Assembly (NCBI GenBank): GCA_965219995.1
Contig: CBDCOX010000002.1
Span: forward strand, 5,248,001-5,312,000
DNA: 64,000 nucleotides
Direction of reading: 5' to 3'
Origin: Candidatus Latescibacterota bacterium
Lineage (GTDB): Bacteria; Latescibacterota; UBA2968; GCA-2709665
Part shown: positions 59,463 through 64,000 of the stretch, in pieces
Position numbering within the stretch: position 1 is the first letter of the stretch
Layout of the letters: each line of letters starts with the position of its first letter
Position numbers and translations under genes: made by a program
Notes under the pieces: model-generated
What the model was told of the DNA's origin: nothing
What the model saw: the letters and a program-made list of their open reading frames with translations, nothing else
Databases searched by the model: none

Positions 59463-61181
59463 GTGGCTGCCCCGACTCAGCACCCGTTCGGCAATCGCCG
59501 GACCTTCCTCAAGTCCGTGATGGCCGGCGCCGCCGCCGGCGCCTTTGCACCGCATAGCCACCTGGCCTTCGCCGACCAGGTAGCGCTCCTCTCCGACGAA
59601 GAGCGGCAGCGCCTGCTGGAGCTCGCCCACTTCGGCCGCAAGGCGCCCGCCTCCGGCAAGCAGGGCATGGTCATCTGCTCCCACCCGCTGGCGACGCGCG
59701 CCGGCGTGGACGTGCTCAAGGCCGGCGGCAACGCGGCGGACGCGGCGCTCGCGACGTCCATCTGCCAGACCGTCGTGGAACCGCACATGACGGGCATCAC
59801 GGGCGTGCTCTCGATGCTGTACTTCGATGCGGCGACCGGCACGACCACCTACGTGAACGGCAGCGCGGCGCGTCCCGAGGCGGAGCTCGGCGGGTTCTCC
59901 CCGGCCGACCTCGCCACCGGCCGCGGGGTCGCGGTGCCCGGTTTCTGGGCCGGCTTCGAGGCGGCGCATGCGCGCCACGGCCAGGCCTCCCGGGAAACCG
60001 TGATGGAAGCCGCGATCGGCTATGCCCGGGACGGTTTCGAGATCCACCCGTTCCTCTGGGGCGAGATCTTCGTCGAGTACGGGAAGATCGGCCGTACCCC
60101 CCAGGGCCGCGAGATCTTCTCCCGCAACGACACCCTGCCGCGCCCGGGCGACCTGCTGGTGCAGGAGCGGGCCGCCGACACCCTGACGGCGCTGCTGGAG
60201 GGCGGCAACGACTACTTCTACCGGGGCGCCTTCGCCCAGGAACTCGTGGATGTGGTGCAGGCCGCCGGCGGCGTGCTCACGCTTGAGGACATGGAGCAAT
60301 ACGAGGCGCGCTGGCAGCCCGCGGCCGAGGGCAGCTATCGCGGCTACAAGGTGCTCGGCTCGCCGCCGCCGGACCACGGCGGTTCGCACCTGATCGAGAT
60401 CCTCAACATGGTGGAACTGCTGGACCTTCCGAAGCTGGGTCCGCCGACGGAATCCGCGGAGACGCTGTTCCACATGGCGCGCATCGCCAACCAGGTCTAT
60501 CTGGACGGGTTCAAGCAGCACGACCCGGCGACCCACGAACTGCCGCTGGAGCTGATCCTCAGCAAGGACTACGCGCGCATGCGGTTCGACCTGATGCAGA
60601 TGGACAGCAAGGTCGACGCCGGCCCCGCGGCGCCGCCCGCCGGCAGCAACCACGTGACGGCGGTGGACGCGAAGGGCAACGTCGCGACCATCCTGCACTC
60701 CTGCATGTCGCTGCCGTGGTCGAACGGGCTCTTCGCGGGCGGCGTGACGGTCGTTGCGGCCGGCGCACACTACATGCGCGTGATGCCCGGTCCCGGCGAC
60801 CGCATCTCGGCCTACGTGTGCCCGAACATCGTGTTCGACGGCGAGCGGCCGATACTGGCGTCGGGTTCGCCGAGCGTGAGCCTGTTGCAGAACATCCTGC
60901 AGAACACGACGAACATCCTCGACTTCGGCATCCCGATCGCGGAGTCGGTCAACCGGCCGCGTTTCGGAGGCGGTTCCTACACCAGCGCGGGCAAGCTGCT
61001 GGTGGAAGTCGATCTCGACGAGAACGTGCGCAAGGCCGCTGCAAAACGCGGCATCGCCTGGGACGTCGTCAACCCATGGAATTGGCACCACGGCTCGTTC
61101 GAAGGCATCTTCCTGGACGCCGACGGCACGGCCCACGCCTGCGGCGACCCGCGCCGGAACGCCATGGCGTTGGCGGTCTGA
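59463..61181 (+). CDS. Tat-exported GGT-family Ntn hydrolase, atypical active site
   Basis: NRRTFLK Tat motif, GGNAADAA, VEPHMTGITG, VPGFWAG, DPRR; SNHVTAVD at the nucleophile site. Confidence 0.88.
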   Translation: MAAPTQHPFGNRRTFLKSVMAGAAAGAFAPHSHLAFADQVALLSDEERQRLLELAHFGRKAPASGKQGMVICSHPLATRAGVDVLKAGGNAADAALATSICQTVVEPHMTGITGVLSMLYFDAATGTTTYVNGSAARPEAELGGFSPADLATGRGVAVPGFWAGFEAAHARHGQASRETVMEAAIGYARDGFEIHPFLWGEIFVEYGKIGRTPQGREIFSRNDTLPRPGDLLVQERAADTLTALLEGGNDYFYRGAFAQELVDVVQAAGGVLTLEDMEQYEARWQPAAEGSYRGYKVLGSPPPDHGGSHLIEILNMVELLDLPKLGPPTESAETLFHMARIANQVYLDGFKQHDPATHELPLELILSKDYARMRFDLMQMDSKVDAGPAAPPAGSNHVTAVDAKGNVATILHSCMSLPWSNGLFAGGVTVVAAGAHYMRVMPGPGDRISAYVCPNIVFDGERPILASGSPSVSLLQNILQNTTNILDFGIPIAESVNRPRFGGGSYTSAGKLLVEVDLDENVRKAAAKRGIAWDVVNPWNWHHGSFEGIFLDADGTAHACGDPRRNAMALAV

Positions 61182-61190
61182 CCGCCGAGA

Positions 61191-62567
61191 CTACCCGCTG
61201 CCGACCTCGAGGATCTCCGCAGGACTCGTGTAAGTGTCATTGAGGTTCTCCAGGAGCCACTCCCTGTCGTCCCGCCGCGGCAGCGTCAACGCGGGTTCGC
61301 CTTTCGTGGCGATGCGATAGTAGAGCCGCGCGTCTTCAAGGTCGGTGATGCCGATCTTGACGGGCGGCAGGCAGTGCAGCAACGCGTAGTCGTCCCAGAT
61401 GACCAGGTCCCCCTCCTCGTGCAGGTGGTTGTAGCGGAACCGTGGTTGCAGGCAGTGCGCCTCGAGCTCGTCCAGAAAGACCTTCGTCTCCGCCTTGCTC
61501 ATGCCCTCGATTCGCGGCGGGGGGATGTCTTGCAGGACGAACCTGCTGCCGTAGACCGGTGAGTAGATCATCCTGCGTCCGCTGCGCGGGTTGTTGCGTA
61601 TCAGTGGACAGTAGTAGCCCCTGCCTTCGACGTCGTCTCCCGGTCTCTCGTACTTCACCATCCTGATCTTCTCGAGCCGGTCCCGCTCCGCGCCCGGCAG
61701 GGCTTCGAACGCCGCAACGGTGTCGGCGAAGGCGGTCTCGGCGTTCAGCGGGAGATTCCGTTGCCGCAAGCGCACCAACCTCGCATCGGTCGTGTGGAAA
61801 TGCTCCATGCCCTCCGGCAGGTCGGGATGCCTGTAGAAGGTGTCGTAGTCGACTTCGGGATAGCTGCCGAGCCAGTTGCCGGAGGCCGAATCCCGCGCCG
61901 CGGGGTGCTTGTGGACCAGGAACATCGTGGTGTTGCAGGCAATCCGCTCATGGTCCTGGTCCGTGTGCCACAGCACCTCGCAGCGCACCTTGTCGGAGAT
62001 GTCCTGCCTCGTGGGACTCCCGGTCCTCGGCCGCGGCGTCAGGACCCGAACCGAGCCTGCCATGACCGGTTCGACGTTCGTGACCGTGTAGATCGCCGAG
62101 GACTCGGCCGGGATCGGCAGGTGCTCGAGCCGTTCATCTTCCGAGCCGGCAATCTGGGCAAGAGCCTCGTTGACGGCATCGCGGACACCGTCGGTGACTC
62201 GCTTCGGAACGGGTTGTGGGGCACCGAAGTGATTCGCGAAACGCTCGAAGTGCGCCAGCGAGACGCGCCCGAGATCCTGACCGGCGAAGACGACGATCGA
62301 GTGCATGCTCAGGGCGTCGATCAGGTACGCCGCCTGCTCGGCACGCAGCCGTTGCGCAACATCCACCCCGTGGAAGCGGCACCCGATTCCCGTCGGAGCG
62401 AGCGGACCTTCCATGGCGGCCTGCGGACCGAAGAGTTCCTTCAGACGCGCTTCGTTCAGGGGGTCGTCGTCGCCGGTGTAGGCACGGGAGAAGAGACCCT
62501 GCCGAGCACCGAAGACCTCCTCGGCCGTCGCCGCCGCGCGCACGGGGTTCGATGACGGCCCCGTCAT
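61191..62567 (-). CDS. TauD/TfdA family 2-oxoglutarate/Fe(II) dioxygenase with insertions
   Basis: WHTD, ETAFAD, GDLVIWDDYALLH, RLYYR. Confidence 0.85.
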   Translation of the reverse strand: MTGPSSNPVRAAATAEEVFGARQGLFSRAYTGDDDPLNEARLKELFGPQAAMEGPLAPTGIGCRFHGVDVAQRLRAEQAAYLIDALSMHSIVVFAGQDLGRVSLAHFERFANHFGAPQPVPKRVTDGVRDAVNEALAQIAGSEDERLEHLPIPAESSAIYTVTNVEPVMAGSVRVLTPRPRTGSPTRQDISDKVRCEVLWHTDQDHERIACNTTMFLVHKHPAARDSASGNWLGSYPEVDYDTFYRHPDLPEGMEHFHTTDARLVRLRQRNLPLNAETAFADTVAAFEALPGAERDRLEKIRMVKYERPGDDVEGRGYYCPLIRNNPRSGRRMIYSPVYGSRFVLQDIPPPRIEGMSKAETKVFLDELEAHCLQPRFRYNHLHEEGDLVIWDDYALLHCLPPVKIGITDLEDARLYYRIATKGEPALTLPRRDDREWLLENLNDTYTSPAEILEVGSG

Positions 62568-64000
62568 GGATGGCGTAGCCGCCCGGCGATTCCGCGCAGC
62601 GTGTTCGCCAGCCCGGTTCGCCGTTTCGTTGCGATATCCCCGCCGGCAAGGGTTGCCTGCACCGCCGCCAACGCATCGAGCCGGTCGGCCAGCTCCCGGT
62701 CACCTGTACCGTCCTGCAGCGCGGCAGCCGCAAGGTCCAGCGCCCCATCAAGATCCGCCCAGGACGCTTCCTCCACCCCATTGCCGCGAACCAGTTGGTC
62801 AAGATAGGCCCGGGCCACCACCGGTTCGGCCGGCCAGTCGAAGCTCCGTTGCCGCTGGGGATTGAACTCCCGGCCCTGGTCGGCGAGTACGGCCGCGGCA
62901 ATCTCGTTCCCGGACAATAGGTCGCTCGGCAGGAGCGACAGCACGTCGAGCCCGCGGACGATCTCGGTACCGTAGATCTTCCCGTCGTACCAGTACGCGG
63001 ACCAGTATCCGCCAAGCACCAGGTGTTCCTCGTCGACGGGGCCGCGGTCGAAGTAGGCGATCTCCAACGGTTTGGCCGAGTCCGTGAAGTCGATCACCGA
63101 GATGCCCCCCTGGTACCAGGCCTGGACGAAGATGTCGCGCCCCGGCACCGGCACCACCGATCCGTTGTGCGCCACGCAGTTCTCCTGCTCGTTCTGCGGC
63201 GCCGGAATCTTGAAGTAGCTCCGGAACTCGAGCTTCCCGTCGACGATGTCGTAGATGGCGTTGGCGCCCCAGTCGAGCGGGTCGTAGGCGCGGCATCGCG
63301 GCATCATGCCGCCGCCCCATTCGTCGGTGAAAAGCACCTTCGTGCCGTTGTTGTTGAAGGTCGCGGAATGCCAGTACGCGAAGCCCTTGTCGACCACCGC
63401 ATCCATACGGGTTGGGTTCAGCGGATCGGAGATGTCGAACAGGATGCCGTTACCCGCGCAGGCCCCGGCGGCGATGTTCCGCGCCGGGAACACGGTGATG
63501 TCGTGACACTGGTCGGTGGCGGGGGTCTCCTGGGTATGCTCACCGTGGTCGCCGCCACGCCAGAGACCGGCCAGCGTGCCGTGTTCGGGGTCGGCGAACA
63601 CCGTGGGGCTGTGCACGATGCGCGCCTTCGAAGGATCCTTGACCGGGACCTCGATGACATCGATGCGGAAGAGCGCCGTCCGGTAATCGCCCGGCGTCTC
63701 GTCGATGCAGCCCGCCAGTTCGTCCTCTTCGCGAACCATGCGAACGCCCGAGTTGTAGACGATGATTTTCTCGTCGTCGGCGACGACCACCGAGTGGGTG
63801 TGCGAGCCGCGGCAGGTCTGGACGGCCCCCACTTGCACGGGCCGGCCGAGGTCACCGATGTCGAAGATGCGGATACCCTGGAACCGGTCGCCGCTCACGT
63901 CTTCGGCAATGCCCTCCAGGCCGCAGTCGAGCCGTCCCCGCGTCTCCTCCACCGACATGATGAGCAGGTCGCCGACGACCGAGACATCGCCCTGGCCGCC
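62564..64000 (-). CDS. LVIVD-repeat protein (5' part beyond the window)
   Basis: GGQGDVSVVGDLLIMSVE, QTCRGSHTH, CHDITV, YWHSATF, NCVAHNG, AWYQGG. Confidence 0.85.
   Translation of the reverse strand, partial: GGQGDVSVVGDLLIMSVEETRGRLDCGLEGIAEDVSGDRFQGIRIFDIGDLGRPVQVGAVQTCRGSHTHSVVVADDEKIIVYNSGVRMVREEDELAGCIDETPGDYRTALFRIDVIEVPVKDPSKARIVHSPTVFADPEHGTLAGLWRGGDHGEHTQETPATDQCHDITVFPARNIAAGACAGNGILFDISDPLNPTRMDAVVDKGFAYWHSATFNNNGTKVLFTDEWGGGMMPRCRAYDPLDWGANAIYDIVDGKLEFRSYFKIPAPQNEQENCVAHNGSVVPVPGRDIFVQAWYQGGISVIDFTDSAKPLEIAYFDRGPVDEEHLVLGGYWSAYWYDGKIYGTEIVRGLDVLSLLPSDLLSGNEIAAAVLADQGREFNPQRQRSFDWPAEPVVARAYLDQLVRGNGVEEASWADLDGALDLAAAALQDGTGDRELADRLDALAAVQATLAGGDIATKRRTGLANTLRGIAGRLRHP

Overview
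GC-rich bacterial chromosome segment from a Gram-negative organism (two TonB-dependent receptors, many exported or lipoprotein hydrolases; a proteobacterial, possibly host-associated origin is inference only). A catabolic backbone (beta-lactamase-like hydrolase, two atypical GGT-family Ntn hydrolases, TetR-S9-S9-esterase cluster, M20 hydrolase, soxBDAG-TBDR operon with a divergent OCD/mu-crystallin gene, DUF885, amidohydrolase, Lrp plus fused indolepyruvate oxidoreductase, TauD, LVIVD protein) is repeatedly interrupted by defence/TA cassettes: integrase scar + Xre/MbcA-RES TA + Fic + type III RM (2.3-9.1 kb), AbrB-PIN TA, AbiEi/AbiEii, a 36-51.5 kb island (Uma2, DUF433, DUF5131, Schlafen/AlbA, nuclease-helicase-MTase fusion broken by one in-frame TAA, two abutting IS, long antitoxin-RES TA), and a TPR-HEPN pair plus AlbA-HATPase gene around a diverged duplicate of the oxidoreductase 3' region. 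Best candidates for undescribed biology are the TPR-HEPN cassette with a hairpin over the HEPN start, the Schlafen-DUF5131-DUF433 unit, two Ser-nucleophile GGT-like enzymes and an M20 protein with a remodelled metal site. No rRNA, tRNA or CRISPR array was seen. All calls come from motifs read by eye; no searches were run.
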